A model generated the notes under the pieces. It made no database searches. It was not told where the DNA came from and saw only the letters and a list, made by a program, of their open reading frames with translations. Shown in pieces: positions 12,542 through 25,630 of a stretch of 64,000 nt of DNA (the stretch's first letter is position 1; every line of letters begins with the position of its first letter). The translations under genes were made by a program, and so were the position numbers. This DNA comes from Octopus sinensis (lineage: Eukaryota): NCBI RefSeq assembly GCF_006345805.1, contig NC_043010.1, forward strand, positions 66,278,001-66,342,000, written 5' to 3'.

Positions 12542-13335
12542 AATTAGCATTACACTTGACAGAGTTATCTGATTGCTAAATTCGGGTCAAGTTGGAAAAG
12601 AATAGCACTATTAAGACGATTAGAAGCGCATTGTGACCAGTGATGTAAAACAGGCATCAATGGTCTCGTTGATACTGTGAGACCGTGATGTATTTATACA
12701 CAACACAGTCACACTAACATATGTATCATCATCCTCTTTTCAATATTTGCTTTTCCATGTTTGGAAGGATCAGGTGAAATTCATTAAGACAGATTTTCTA
12801 TGGCTAGATGCTCTTCCTGTCACTAAACCTCACCTGTTTTCAAGTAAGGTAATATTTCCCCTTGACCAGACACATTCTCATAGATATTGTAACGGAATGG
12901 CACTGCTTGTATGATGGTGACACTTGCTTACAACTATTACACAATGTTAAGACAACAAAACAAACACACACTTTTATATATATATATATATATAATATGA
13001 GGGAATATTATTCCAAACTTACAGGGAAAAATTCAATTTAGAAATACTAAATCAAATTTCACAAAATATAATATATATATAAAAATTAGAATAAAACCAC
13101 CTTTCATCAATTCAATTATGAAAAATTAAATTGTTCCATTTAGAAAAATTACATATTATAGAAAGATTAAATATAAGATAAAACATACAACAGTGATTAA
13201 GTAATGTGCAAAATAATAAATATATTTGGTATATATATATATATATGGTGCCCCAGCATGGCCTCAGCCGGATGGCTGAAACAAGTAAAAGAGTAAAAGA
13301 GTATATTATATATACACACACACACACACACACAC

Positions 13336-13690
13336 AAGAAAATTCAGAAAATGGAGATGTAGTATTATTATCTGCAAAAATCCAACATATCCTCTTACAG
13401 CTGTTTTAATTTAGCCTAAAAGATTAAATTACAATAATTAAAAATCATTATATTAGGCAAAATCTCATCAGAGGGGTAGAAAAGACATACTGTTGATTTG
13501 AAAATACAACACCTAGTAAGCTAACAGTATAATCTTTTCTACCCTTCTGATGATATTCTGCTGAATACAATGATTTGATTATTATAATTTAATCTTTTAG
13601 GCTAAATTGAAACACCTGTAAGAGAATATGTTAGATTTTTGCAGATAATAAATTATATTTATGCTAAATCTTCATTTTCTAAATTTTCTT
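13336..13690. repeat. Foldback inverted repeat (MITE-like), about 355 bp
   Basis: Arms near 13336-13495 and 13525-13690 are reverse complements, e.g. TTATTATCTGCAAAAATC/GATTTTTGCAGATAATAA. Confidence 0.9.
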
Positions 13691-13854
13691 TTGAATATTT
13701 CTAAACCAAGATTTATATTTAGACCTATTATTTTATGAATATTATTATTCACTAAAAATACTTAGGCAATGAACCAGTAATTCATTGGATATTATTATCC
13801 CTTAACGAGGCTATTTTAACTTCTAACTGAATGTGTGTGTGTGTGTGTGTGTAA

Positions 13855-14192
13855 GAGCACCATCTGAGCATGATCATTGCCAGAGCGGCTAACAGGCCTC
13901 TGTGCCGATGGCACGTAAAAGGCACCATTCGAGCGTGATCGTTACCAGCATCGCCTTACTGGCACCTGTGCCGGTGGCATGTGTAAAAGATTTGAGCATG
14001 GCCGTTGCCAGTACCGCCTGACTGGCCCTCATGCCAGTGGAACGTAAAAGCATCCACTACACTCTCCAAGTGGTTGGTGTTAGGAAGGGCATCCATCTGT
14101 AGAAACTCTGCCGGATCAAGATTGAAGCCCTCAGTCAAATCGTCCAACCCATGCGAGCATGGAAAGCGGACGTTAAACGATGATGATGATGA
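13855..14192 (+). mobile_element. RTE-type 3' end with GGCAC modules and (GAT)n tail
   Basis: Same body and tail as 5043-5360. Confidence 0.75.
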
Positions 14193-14195
14193 TGT

Positions 14196-14276
14196 ATGTA
14201 TCAGGAAAATAAGACAAGGTATAAAAAGCTAAAATCATTTTAGCATTTTCTACCTTGTCTTATTTTCCTTATACAT
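14196..14276. repeat. 81-nt hairpin
   Basis: ATGTATCAGGAAAATAAGACAAGGTA...GCTAAAA TCA TTTTAGC...TACCTTGTCTTATTTTCCTTATACAT. Confidence 0.85.
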
Positions 14277-14370
14277 ATCAACTCATGTTATTTTTCAACC
14301 TTCTACGTATATATATATATATATGTATATAGGCTTCTTTCAGTTTCAATCTCCCAAATCTATATCATGT

Positions 14371-14742
14371 GTGGAAGCACTCCGTCGGTTACGACGATGA
14401 GGGTTCCGGTTGATCTGATCAACGGAACAGCCTGCTCGTGAAATTAACGTGTAAGTGGCTGAGCACTCCACAGACACATGTACCCTTAACGTAGTTCTCG
14501 GGGATATTCAGCGTGACACAGAGAATGACAAGGCCGGCCTTTTGAAATACAGGTACAACAGAAACAGGAAGTAAGAGTGAGAGAAAGTTGTGGTGAAAGA
14601 GTACAGCAGGGATCACCACCATCCCCTGCCGGAGCCTCGTGGAGCTTTTAGGTGTTTTCACTCAATAAACACTCACAACACCCGGTCTGGGAATCGAAAC
14701 CGCGAGTCCGCTGCCCTAACCACTAGGCCATTGCACCTCCAC
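14371..14742 (-). mobile_element. tRNA-headed SINE family B
   Basis: A box TGGCCTAGTGG, B box GGTTTCGATTCC; perfect 11-bp TSD CTATATCATGT at 14360-14370 and 14743-14753. Confidence 0.9.
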
Positions 14743-15536
14743 CTATATCATGTAACCATAGGAAATCTGCCTCACTGAATTTCATTTAATCCATGTCAGC
14801 TTGGAAAAATAAATGCTCATGCAATGATGATGATAAAAACACATATACACACACACATATTCGTTATTTGGATGCAAAAATATAATTATGATGATATCCA
14901 CCCTCTTGCCCAGCTCTAAAAAGATTTTTTTATAAATGTAAAAAAATTATCTTTTCACCACAAGAACAATCAATTTTATTTTCCTTTCACTTTTTTCTTC
15001 CATTTCACTCGGTTTAAATTAACAATTTTCATACCAGATTTGTGTTTGTGTTTTATTTTTGGTACTTGTATCCCTCTTTCATTATGCCTTCATTTTTCAC
15101 CTTTATCTTTATCTCACCATATATATATATATATACACACACATATACATATTTGATGGCCTATCTCTCAACTTACATTGTTTTCAGTTGCATCTTTTTC
15201 AACTTTACATCATTTCTTTTTTTTATTTTTAAGAAACTTATGGAAAAAAAATTAACCTTATCCTCAGTCAATTTATCTGCCTTTATGTCAGTCTTAGCGA
15301 ACTTATTTAAAAGCATAAAAATTTAAAATAAGAAAAACATACCTATAAACCACTACTGAAGTGGAAAAACCATATAAAATTCTTGTGAAAATATGTTCAA
15401 ACCATTTATTAAAAAAGATATGCTAAGAAATTTTAAAAAAATTTGTTTGGTATCATTTTCAAGTTAAGATGCATGTCTTAGAACCAATTATCAACATAAT
15501 TTGAGATATATATATATATGTATATGTATATATATT

Positions 15537-15716
15537 TGTGTATTAAGGCTATCATTGGTTTCATGTTAAGAAAAATATCTTAATATCTTAACAATTTTTC
15601 AAGCCAGTCACATGGAAGAATAGTGTTTGTTTGCATTCTTCCATGTGATTGGCTTGAAAAATTAAGATACAAAGACATTTTTCTTAACATGAAACCGATG
15701 GTAGCCTCAATACACA
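15537..15716. repeat. Foldback inverted repeat, about 180 bp
   Basis: TGTGTATTAAGGCTATCATTGGTTTCATGTTAAGAAAAA pairs with TTTTTCTTAACATGAAACCGATGGTAGCCTCAATACACA; inner CAAGCCAGTCACATGGAAGAAT arm also pairs. Confidence 0.9.
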
Positions 15717-16193
15717 GATAAAGAAATTTTGTCTACCAATGCGATGTTGAGCCCTCATTCTCATTGCTTGACACACACACACACACACGCACACACATTT
15801 ATATTCTCCTAATCCTTTCGTTCTCTCTCTCTCTCTCTTCCTGTCTCTCATTAGACAAGGTTATACATCCTCAAGTACCTTTCTGCTAAAATATGAAGCA
15901 ATACCAAATGCCTAAATTTGTGGCTGGAGAAATATATTGAGAAATGTAAATATGTGTAGTTATAGAGTAATAAAGATTTCATTGCTATCATTTGAAAATG
16001 CTCTTGTTTCTGTTATTTAGTCACAGATCAGATCAACCCTGATCATAAGACATTCCAAATGTGACCATCCAGTCTTTTTTTTTAAGACAGTGCATCTAGT
16101 ACTATATTATCCAATGTGGCCTTTCCTTAAAAAATTTTTTATATCATCACTCCTTGTTGTGGTGGTGTTGGTGGGAGGATAGATACAGTAAAA

Positions 16194-17691
16194 CAGTGGT
16201 TCTCAACTGGGGTTCATATGACCCATGGGCGGCGTCCACATGGCTCTTGGGTGTCCATATAGGATTTTGTTGTTAAAGTTTTTATCTGCAATAAATCAGT
16301 TATACTTTGACGATACATAAAATATTTTAACAGTATTTTTTTTATACAATTCCTAATAATATTTTATCATAGAAATATAATAATATAATAATTTTTCAAC
16401 CCTTTAGCATTTAAACTAGCCATATAGGCAGAGGAGTGGCTGTGTGGTAGGTAGCTTGCTTACCAACCACATGGTTCCAGGTTCAGCCCCACTGCATGGC
16501 ACCTTGGGCAAGTGTCTTCTACTATAGCCTTGGGCCAACCAAAGCCTTGTGAGTGGATTTGGTAGACAGAAACTGAAAGAAGCCCGTCATATATATGTAT
16601 ATGTATACATATGTTTGTTTGTGTGTATGTCTGTGTTTGTCCTCCCAATATCGCTTGACAACTGATGCTGGTGTGTTTACGTCCCCGTAACTTAGCGGTT
16701 TGGTAAAAGACACCGATAGAATAAGTACTAGGCTTACAAAGAATAAGTCCTGGGGTCGATTTGCTCAACTAAAGGCGGTGCTCAAGCACAGCCGCAGTCA
16801 AAAGACTGAAACGAGTAAAAGAGTAAAAGAGAGTATATCTGGCCTAAATATTTTACCTGGTTTATGTTCAAACCAGCTAGATCTGGCTTTTTGCACAAGT
16901 CTGACAATGTCATTCTGAAAATAGACAATCACATTCGTTGAAACTGCAGAGCCGCAAGATAATGCATGATCAATTCAAAACAATGTCAATAAGGCTAAAA
17001 GAGTAAAGACCCCTTTCAGTCAGGAATGACCATAGGACTGCACCAAGAAATTTCCCCTCCAAGGCACAAATCTGGGCACAGCTGTTTATGGAAGACCAAC
17101 AGTCATCCTGCATACCAGCTTCCTGTCTCCATGCCACCAATGTTATCCAAAGGAAAGGCAAAGGTTGATACAGCTCTGCACCAGTGATGCTGCAACTCAT
17201 TTCTACAGCAACATGAAATAAAGTGTCTTGCTCAAGAACGCAACACACAGCCCAGTCCGGGAATCGAACTCGCTACCTCATGATTGTGAGCCCAACACTC
17301 TAACCACTAAGCTACGTGCCTGTGAATAAATAAGCCTTACATTTGATGGAGTCATCTGAATGGTAAAAGGTTAAGATGGCGAGCTGGTAGAAACGTTAGC
17401 ACGCCAGGCGAAATGCCTAGTGGTATTTCGTCTGCCGCTACGTTCTGAGTTCAAATTCCACCAAGGTCGACTTTGCCTTTTGGGGTCGATTAAATAAGTA
17501 CCAGTTATGCACTGGGGTCAGTATAATCGACTTAATCTGAGTGTCTGTCCTTGTTTGTCCCCTCTGTGTGTAGCCCCTTGTGGGTAGTAAATAAATAGGT
17601 AAAGGGTTGAACATTGAATATCTGTGAGCATCCACCCAAGTGAAATAGGGATCAAAAGGGTGCATAGCTAAAAAATGGTTGAGAACCACTT
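16194..17691. mobile_element. hAT/Charlie-type MITE carrying nested insertions
   Basis: Left CAGTGGTTCTCAAC, right GTTGAGAACCACT; flanks CAGTAAAA/CAGTAGTG are a partial 8-bp TSD. Confidence 0.6.
16427..16832 (+). mobile_element. SINE family A nested in a piggyBac-type MITE (family 2)
   Basis: Splits the MITE sequence GCCATAT|CTGGCC. Confidence 0.85.
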
Positions 17692-20397
17692 CAGTAGTGT
17701 TGCACAAAATAATACCTTGCAGCAGTTAGTTAGACTTTGATTTCAAACATTTTGAGGATTGATCTTGCTTTTCATCCCTCCTGGCACTCCATCAATTACA
17801 GTGATGAAGGCTCCAGTTGAACTGATCGACGGAACAGCCTGTTTATGAAATTAATATTTAAGTGGCTGAGCACTCCACAGATATGTGTACCCTTAACGTA
17901 GTTCTCGGGGAGATTCAGTGTGACGAGGCTGGCCCCCCTTTGAAATAGAGGTATAACTCATTTTTGCTGGCTGAGTGGATTGGAGCAGCATGAAATAAAA
18001 GATCTTGCTCAAGGACACAGCGCAATGCTGGGAATCGAACTCCTGACCTTATGGTTGTAAGCTGAATACCCTAACCACTAAGCTATGCACCTTCACCAAT
18101 ACCAATGTACTAATGGTATACTCTGAAGTCAGTTTAATCAAATACACACTTTGCCCCTAATTTGTAACCCGTTTTCCTCTTCCAGAAGTCATCATTAAAT
18201 AGTGGGGGGGGGGGGCATGGCTATGTGGTTAAAAAAAGTTTGCTTCTCAACCACAAGAATTCAGGTTCAGTTCTACTATGCAGCACTTTGGCCAAGTGTC
18301 CTCGTCACTTAGCGGTTCAGCAAAAGAGACCAATAGAATAAGTACTGGGCTTACAAAGAATGAGTCCAGGGATCAGATTGTTCAACTAAAGGCGGTGCTC
18401 CAGCATGGCTGCAGTCAAATGACTGAAACAAGTAAAAGAGTAAAAAGAATATATCCTGGGCTGACCAATGCCATGGGAGTGAAGTTGGCAAGTGGAAACT
18501 ATACAGAGCTGATTGTACGTATGTGGACCCATACAGTTTCTGGGTGGCAAAGGCCTCGGCAATGTTGGGAAGATGATTTAGTCAAACAATTTGGGCCAAA
18601 GAATGGTGCAATCAAGAAGGAATTGGAAGTGCATTGTGACTATCAATGTATAACATCATCAGCCTCTTTCCTGACACACAACCACTTACCTCAGTTCCAC
18701 TCCCTCTCTCAACCAAGTCATCTTTGTCTTGCATCAAACTTGGCGACTGCACTGGGGCTGGTGCCACATAAAAAGCACCTAGTACACTCTGTTAAGTGGT
18801 TGGTGTTAGGAAGGGCATCCAGCCATAAACAGACAATTGGAGCCTGGTGCAGCTTTCCAGCTGGCCACATCCTATCAAATCATCCAACCCATGCCAGCAA
18901 GGAAAACAGACATTAAATGATGATGATGTGTCTGTGTTTGAGTATGTTTACATATGTATCTGTTTGTGAGAATATTTACATCATGCAATCACCTGAACAA
19001 TCACAGAGCTGCAGACAGTGTTATCATCGAGAGGTAAATATATATTTTTTAACAAGTGTTATCACCATTTCCCTGTTAACAAATCATTTTGTGCTTCCAA
19101 AGCTGACTTGAAGATAATTTCTCTTCCTTGAAAAACTTCAAAAAACAGGTAAAGGTTATTGGCATAAAAGGCATCCTACTGTAAAACACTACATCAATCA
19201 TTTATCTTTATATATACATATGTATATATATATATACATATGTATATTGTTGTGTGTCTATGTTTGTTTCCCTACCATCACTTGACAACCAATGGTGGTC
19301 TGTTTACATCCCCGTAACTTAGCAGTTCAGCAAAAGGGAATGATAGAATAAGTACTAGACTTACGTAGAATAAGTCCTGGGGTCTATTCGTTCGACTAAA
19401 GGCGGTGCTCCAGCATGGCCACAGTCAAATGAGTGAAATAAATAAAATAATATGTAGAGAGAGAGAAAAAGAGAGATAGAGAGAAAGAGTACTGTTCTCT
19501 GATAGTAAAATTAACAAAATAGTATCTGTCTGGGGAGAGATAAATTGAACCGATAAATATTATTTAATAAACACAATATATATTTTTACGAGCTAATAGT
19601 TTCATGCGATGAAAACATCGCAGAGTGCCTTTTTTAACACGTGTGGTGCCTTCACGCAATCCTCAGGCTATGCCCACATGGCATAATAAGCTGTGCGTGG
19701 GTGCGTGTATGGATATCCATGCTGTTGTTGTTATATATATATAATGTATTGAGTATTAAAGGAAGTAGTGAGTACTTAGTATGAAAGATTAAGAAAATGA
19801 GAGAGACTGAAAAAACGTGTTAACGATACGAGATACTTTATTAGACTGCCGTTGTTGTACAAGGTATTTGTCGTGGCGGGAAACTTACTGAATGTCCTTG
19901 TATCAAGGGAGACAATGGGCAACGTTGATTGTTCATGTTTGTTGTGATGATTACATAACACATGCATGCGTGTGCACGCACACACACACACACACAAATA
20001 CATGTACAAAAATAACGATCCGGAGAATGCTAAGCATCATTTCTTCCCACTTTATTCTCTGAGTTCAAATGCTGCAAGGGGTTTACTTTGCTTTTATTCC
20101 ATAGAATTCGATAAAATAGGTACCAGCTGAGCTGGGGTCGATGTAATCGACTCACCCGCTCTCACGAAACTGCTGGATTTGTGCCAAAATTGGGAACCAA
20201 TTTAAGATACGTGTGTGTGTTTGGCGTGTGCACGTAGATACGTGTGTACAAGAATATGTATTAAAATTGCAGGATGTAGCTGTTGGGAGATAATTGGCGT
20301 TTATTTCTAGCAATTCGTGCGACCACCTTAAAGTTTCCTCATTTTATCATTGGTAAATTCGAGGTTCTAGTAATAGCGAAATAATTAAACTGGCATC

Positions 20398-20729
20398 TTG
20401 GGCAAGTGTCTTCTACTATAGCCCCGGACCGACCAATGCCTTGTGAGTGGATTTGGTAGACGGAAACTGAAAGAAGCCTGTCGTATATATGTGTATATAT
20501 ATGTGTGTGTGTATGTGTTTGTGTGTCTGTGTTTGTCCCCCTCGCATTGCTTGACAACCGATGGTGGTGTGTTTACGTCCCCGTCACTTAGCGGTTCGGC
20601 AAAAGAGACCGATAGAATAAGTACTGGGCTTACAAAAGAATAAGTCCCGGGGTCGATTTGCTCGACTAAAGGCGGTGCTCCAGCATGGCCGCAGTCAAAT
20701 GACTGAAACAAGTAAAAGAGTAAAGAGTA
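20398..20729 (+). mobile_element. SINE family A, 5'-truncated
   Basis: Starts at TTGGGCAAGTGTCTTC and ends AAAAGAGTAAAGAGTA. Confidence 0.85.
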
Positions 20730-22772
20730 TATGCTACAAAATAAAAAAGAAAAAAAAAACGAAAAGAAATAAAAAAAAATATCTTGGCATTAGTCTACCT
20801 ACAACACTATCATATTTAGTTTGATCTGTAATTGGTAATTAGCAGATCTATAGAATTTTTTCGCGTAAAACCGATATAAACTGTTCTAAGCATCACATTC
20901 AAATTCACACAAACACCTGTGAAAAAATACGGCTTGACAGGGATTTTAAATAATTTTTTTTTTTTTTTGTCAGAACAGAAAGAAAGCTTAGATCATCTCA
21001 TATTGTTCCTTGAAATGGTTTTTAACCGTCAAAAACTTGAAGCCATTGTGCCGCACTCGACAGAGAGGCTAATTTGTTTGCTTAACCCAATATAACGCGA
21101 GGGGATGTTTAGTAAAAACTGGAACTAACTTTGACAATTGACAGGTATCATTATTAAAAGACCCCTCCTCTTTCACTTAGTTATATTATATTTTCTCTCT
21201 TTCTCCCCCAACTTATTCTTCTTGCGCATTACATGTAACTCACTACCTCATAAGTATTTAGAATCATTCCTAATTACATAGAAAATTGATTAAATTTTAA
21301 TTGGAACAAAGAATAAAGTATAAAAGAAAAGCATATAATAATTAAATAAATGGTTCGCTTCGCAAATAAATTCAAGGGACGTAATTTTCTCAATGAAAAA
21401 ATGAAAACGGAAACAAAAGGTGAAATGTTCACTATTCTCATAGAATACTCAACCATCTTTTCCTTATCAAATGACTTGTTTAGAATAATTAAAATATTTT
21501 TTTATTTTACTTTTTTTTTCCCATATTTTCGTAAACTGTAAAGATTATCCCCTTTGAAATATACACAATGAACAGTAATATTTTTCCTGGAATTTCACAG
21601 ACGAGGGATTTATTCTCAGGTAACACCGTTTCAATAGAAGAAGGCAAATAAATGTATTGAATAAAAACGATGATGACCAGATAAGTTGAATTGCTGATTT
21701 CCTACAATCGTTTACTCCAGGTATTACCATTTGTTTACTGTAAAAGCTTTCGATTTACGTCCTTAAACTTTTCTTTCTAATACTTTTTTCTTCGTCGTGA
21801 ATATTTAACCCAATTAAAGAAAAAATTTCAGTAACTAACAACGTTTTCATATCTCTTTCATGTCATACACTCCTGTTTAATTGTTGCTTTCTGATTAATT
21901 ATTTCCAAGAATTCTGTATATCTTACTTACTTAACCTGAATATATACATATAGATATATCAATTTCTTGTATATCCACATTAAGTCAGATAGACAGAATG
22001 CTATTATTAACCAATATTGCTTCCGTCGCTAATCACGTATCTCTTTCTGCTTAATTACTCCTATTTTAGCCTTTCTAATTAAGACCCTTTTTAAACAAAC
22101 TATTTATTTAGACAACGTATTTTCACTCGGATTAAATCCCCTTATTTCTCTTACGAAGAGAAATAATTATGAACCGTTTAATACATCAATATTTCTAAGA
22201 GATAACTGATTTATAAGTAAATGACTACGGCTTCTACAGACACTTAACTTCATTTATCCCCTTTTATATACACTCTCTACTATATTTCGGAAAATACATT
22301 CAGCGCGTTTGCAAGAATACCCTATTTCAAATGAGGAATATCTATATCACATTTCCTCCTCCTCACCCCAGGGATTGAACTTGAAAACTCTTAACTCTGG
22401 TGTAGGTTTTCCACACTATTGTACACTACAGTGCACTTATTTAGTACGACCACAGCTTCTTCTAAACGATATTAGTTCCAAACGATAATTCGCTGAAGTG
22501 GATTGCCGTAATTTCCGTTCAGTTCTTTTGATGATCATTAAAATTTATATGATTTAGTCATAAGTCCCATTGTTTAAAAAGTGAATCACATTGAAAATAG
22601 GCGCGTTTTTTTTTTTTTTTTTTTTAATCTTAAAGAATGGAGAATTTTCCTTTCGCACGATTTCATTTGCTTTTTACTCGTATTTCCATCTCACATCAAA
22701 ATATTTACCAGAAAAGGGTTTGTTAACTGTCATATGTTACTAATTCATGCGTGACAGACAGACACACACACA

Positions 22773-22822
<50 letters not shown>

Positions 22823-23144
22823 ATATATACTTAATGTGTGTGTGTGTGTGTGTGTATATATACTTAATGTGTGTGTGTGTGTGTATATATACTTAATGTG
22901 TGTGTGTATATTTTATATACGCATAGTTATGTGTATATGTGTATCTATATATAGGTATGAGTGGGTGGGTGTGTATTGAAAAGTTGATATTTCAGACGAA
23001 ATAACATAAGTCAACCTTGGTTTAGAGCTTCATGTAAATCCTTGTATATCCAGTGTAAAGATTATGCAATCTCTAGTTTCGAATAAAACATATTTTGTAT
23101 CCAAATCTCTGGTTTTATTCTGCTCTCATATACGTGTGTGTAGT

Positions 23145-25630
23145 CTTTCTTTTATTTTTTCATTGGTTTCAGCCAGGGGCTCTGACCATGTTGGGGCACC
23201 ATCATTGGCATTAATGCTATTTTATTTTAGACTCTTTTCCCAGCTCTGTCTCCAGAATCAGTTCTGGTGATGCAGTGATTTGGACAAAGATGCCCGCCTT
23301 TATTTTTCTTGCCACGATGCTGGTTCATCTGGTATCTCAGATAAAGATTTGTCTAAATGTTCTTTGACACATCCACTTCCCATGGATCTATGAGGCCTTT
23401 TGAAAAGTCATAAGCCTCTGAACCCTAATCTCCTTACTCTTGCTGGAGAGGATGGGATCTTTGGTTATTATGCAGTGATGTCCAATCCTATCCAGTCCAG
23501 TGATTGGTATAGATTTCAGTCCAGAAGTTGGATGCTAGACCTTACACGTTCTTCCAGATATATATATATGTGTATATGTATGTATCACTGCATATCTTTC
23601 ATGTTTTCTCTCTTGGTAGTAGAGCCTCAGTTCTTTTAGCCTCCCAGCAAATCATCTGTTACATTGGAGCAATCTTGTTGATGTGGTGGCGTTAGAATGC
23701 CTTGAGTTCTGCTGCTAGTTCAAACGCTTTATGTTGGCTGTAATTGGGTAATTCAGATGAGCAAGAACAAATGATCCCAGATACTGGAATGATGCATTAC
23801 CACTCACATGGATTCCCAGGTCATGCTGACTCTGACTATAGGGTCACAATGTGCCCTAGTCCTGTGAATTCTGTTTGTGAGCTGATAGCAAAGTGATTGA
23901 AATTTCTCAGTATTGAACAGTATGTTTTCTTCAACCCACTTCTATCTAGTCTTCAAGGCCTTTGACTACTTGTGATACTTTTGCACCATCAGCATTGCCT
24001 GGGAAGGCCACCACAATCAGTAGTGGTCCCAGTACAGTACCCTGAGGGACTCCACTTAGAATTAATGTCTTTTCAGAGAGAGTGCCAGTGGCTGCAACTG
24101 CTCCAATCTTTTAAAAAGTCATGCAGCTACTCCCTTAGTTTTCCAATTATGCCAAAGTCATGCAGTTTGTGACATATTATCCCTTGATCAACTTTATTAA
24201 ATGCCTTGGCAAGTTGAGATACAGCACATCCACATTTGAATGATTGACTTGTTTCAGCACCCAGTCAAAGTGTTGTAGGAGCTGATAAGGCACCACTTTC
24301 CTTGGCAGAAGCATGTTAGTGAGCATACTCTATTCTTTTAGGAATATAACCAGCTTCCTTCTGAGTTCCATGACTTAGCTACATAAGTTGTCAAAAAGAT
24401 AGGCCTGTCATTTTTAGCATCTGCACTGCTCCCTCTTTTGTGGATAGGATGTATGATACCTTCTTTTAAGATTTAGGAAAGTTTGCCTCTTGCAAAGAAG
24501 CTCAGGAAAAAAATCAGCAGTGGCTTTGTGAGAGATCTCTTGCATGTCTTTAAAAGAATAGCTGGAAAAAACCCATCAGAGCTTGCCACCAAGTTCAAGT
24601 TGATCTCATCAATGGCCAGTATTACATCTCTGTAAAAACCATGTTAAAACAGACATTGAGGCTTGGTGCAGTCTTCTGACTTGACAGCATAGAAGATGGG
24701 CATTAAATATTGGTTACGATGATGATGAATTGATAGTTGTCTCTTCCCAATGGAAAGGTGAAAACTCCCTGGAATTGTTTATTAAGTATTTCACTTATCC
24801 TCCTGGGATCTGTAGTCAGTGATCCCGATCTTGAAGCAGGTTCTTTTGAAAATTTGTAAGGCCTTGTGGTTTGTTTTTATATTTTCAATTACCCTGGTTT
24901 CTCTTTCTCTCCTTTCTCTTTCATGAGAGAGGCTGAGTGTGTGTTCATTCTCTACCTCTTTGCGGTCGGGTTTCTCACTGTCATTAATTCCTTTATTTAA
25001 GCAATTTGAAATCTTTATTTTTCATCTCATAAGAACTCTCCTGTCTCCAAGAATAATGCTTTTGTATATATTGGTTCTCCTCTCAGGAACAAAAATGCAT
25101 CTGGCTGGCATTATTGACATAAATTCTCTAAGTTCATATCTGTGTCTTGCATACAGTCTTTTTCACCAATATTGTTTGAGGATCTCTTTTTGAACTAATT
25201 TTCTGTTAGCCTTGTAGAAGCCCACAATGCATAGTTTGGGGGCTTCTTGTGTTGTATACATTTTTTTAATCAACTTTGAATCTTACATTGTCAGTACTAT
25301 TATGTTGTGGTCAGAGAAATTGTTGGCCACACTTTCACATTGTGGATAAGATCCATGTTATTGGCGAAGCAGAGGTCTAAGATGCAGTTCTGGATTGGGA
25401 ATAGTATTGTTTGTTCCATAAGCATCGTTTCCTGATTCTGTTTGCATGTCATTCCTGAGATTATGTTGCCTTTGGGCCATCTGTTGTTCATGAATTTGGA
25501 GCTGTCCTGTGGAGTTATATTTGTGTATTGATCTGGTTTCATTGATACTTCTTTTATCATTCTAAGGCTTCCCCCAAATTTATCATCATGATTTGAGGCA
25601 TCAGATGGCTGATATAATGTACTTATTACC
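23145..25630 (-). mobile_element. CR1-clade LINE relic (post-endonuclease region, RT, C-terminus, 3' UTR), heavily disrupted
   Basis: NCILDLCFANNMDLIHNVKVWPT; LAKAFNKVD (near 24200); SGVPQGTVLGPLL (near 24020-24055); KEHLDKSLSEIPDEP (near 23330-23375); A-rich tail near 23150. Confidence 0.85.

Noticed and set aside
18278-18916. 212 aa ORF
   Set aside because: Reads through a SINE-A tail, a decayed LINE piece and an RTE 3' UTR; chimeric by chance.
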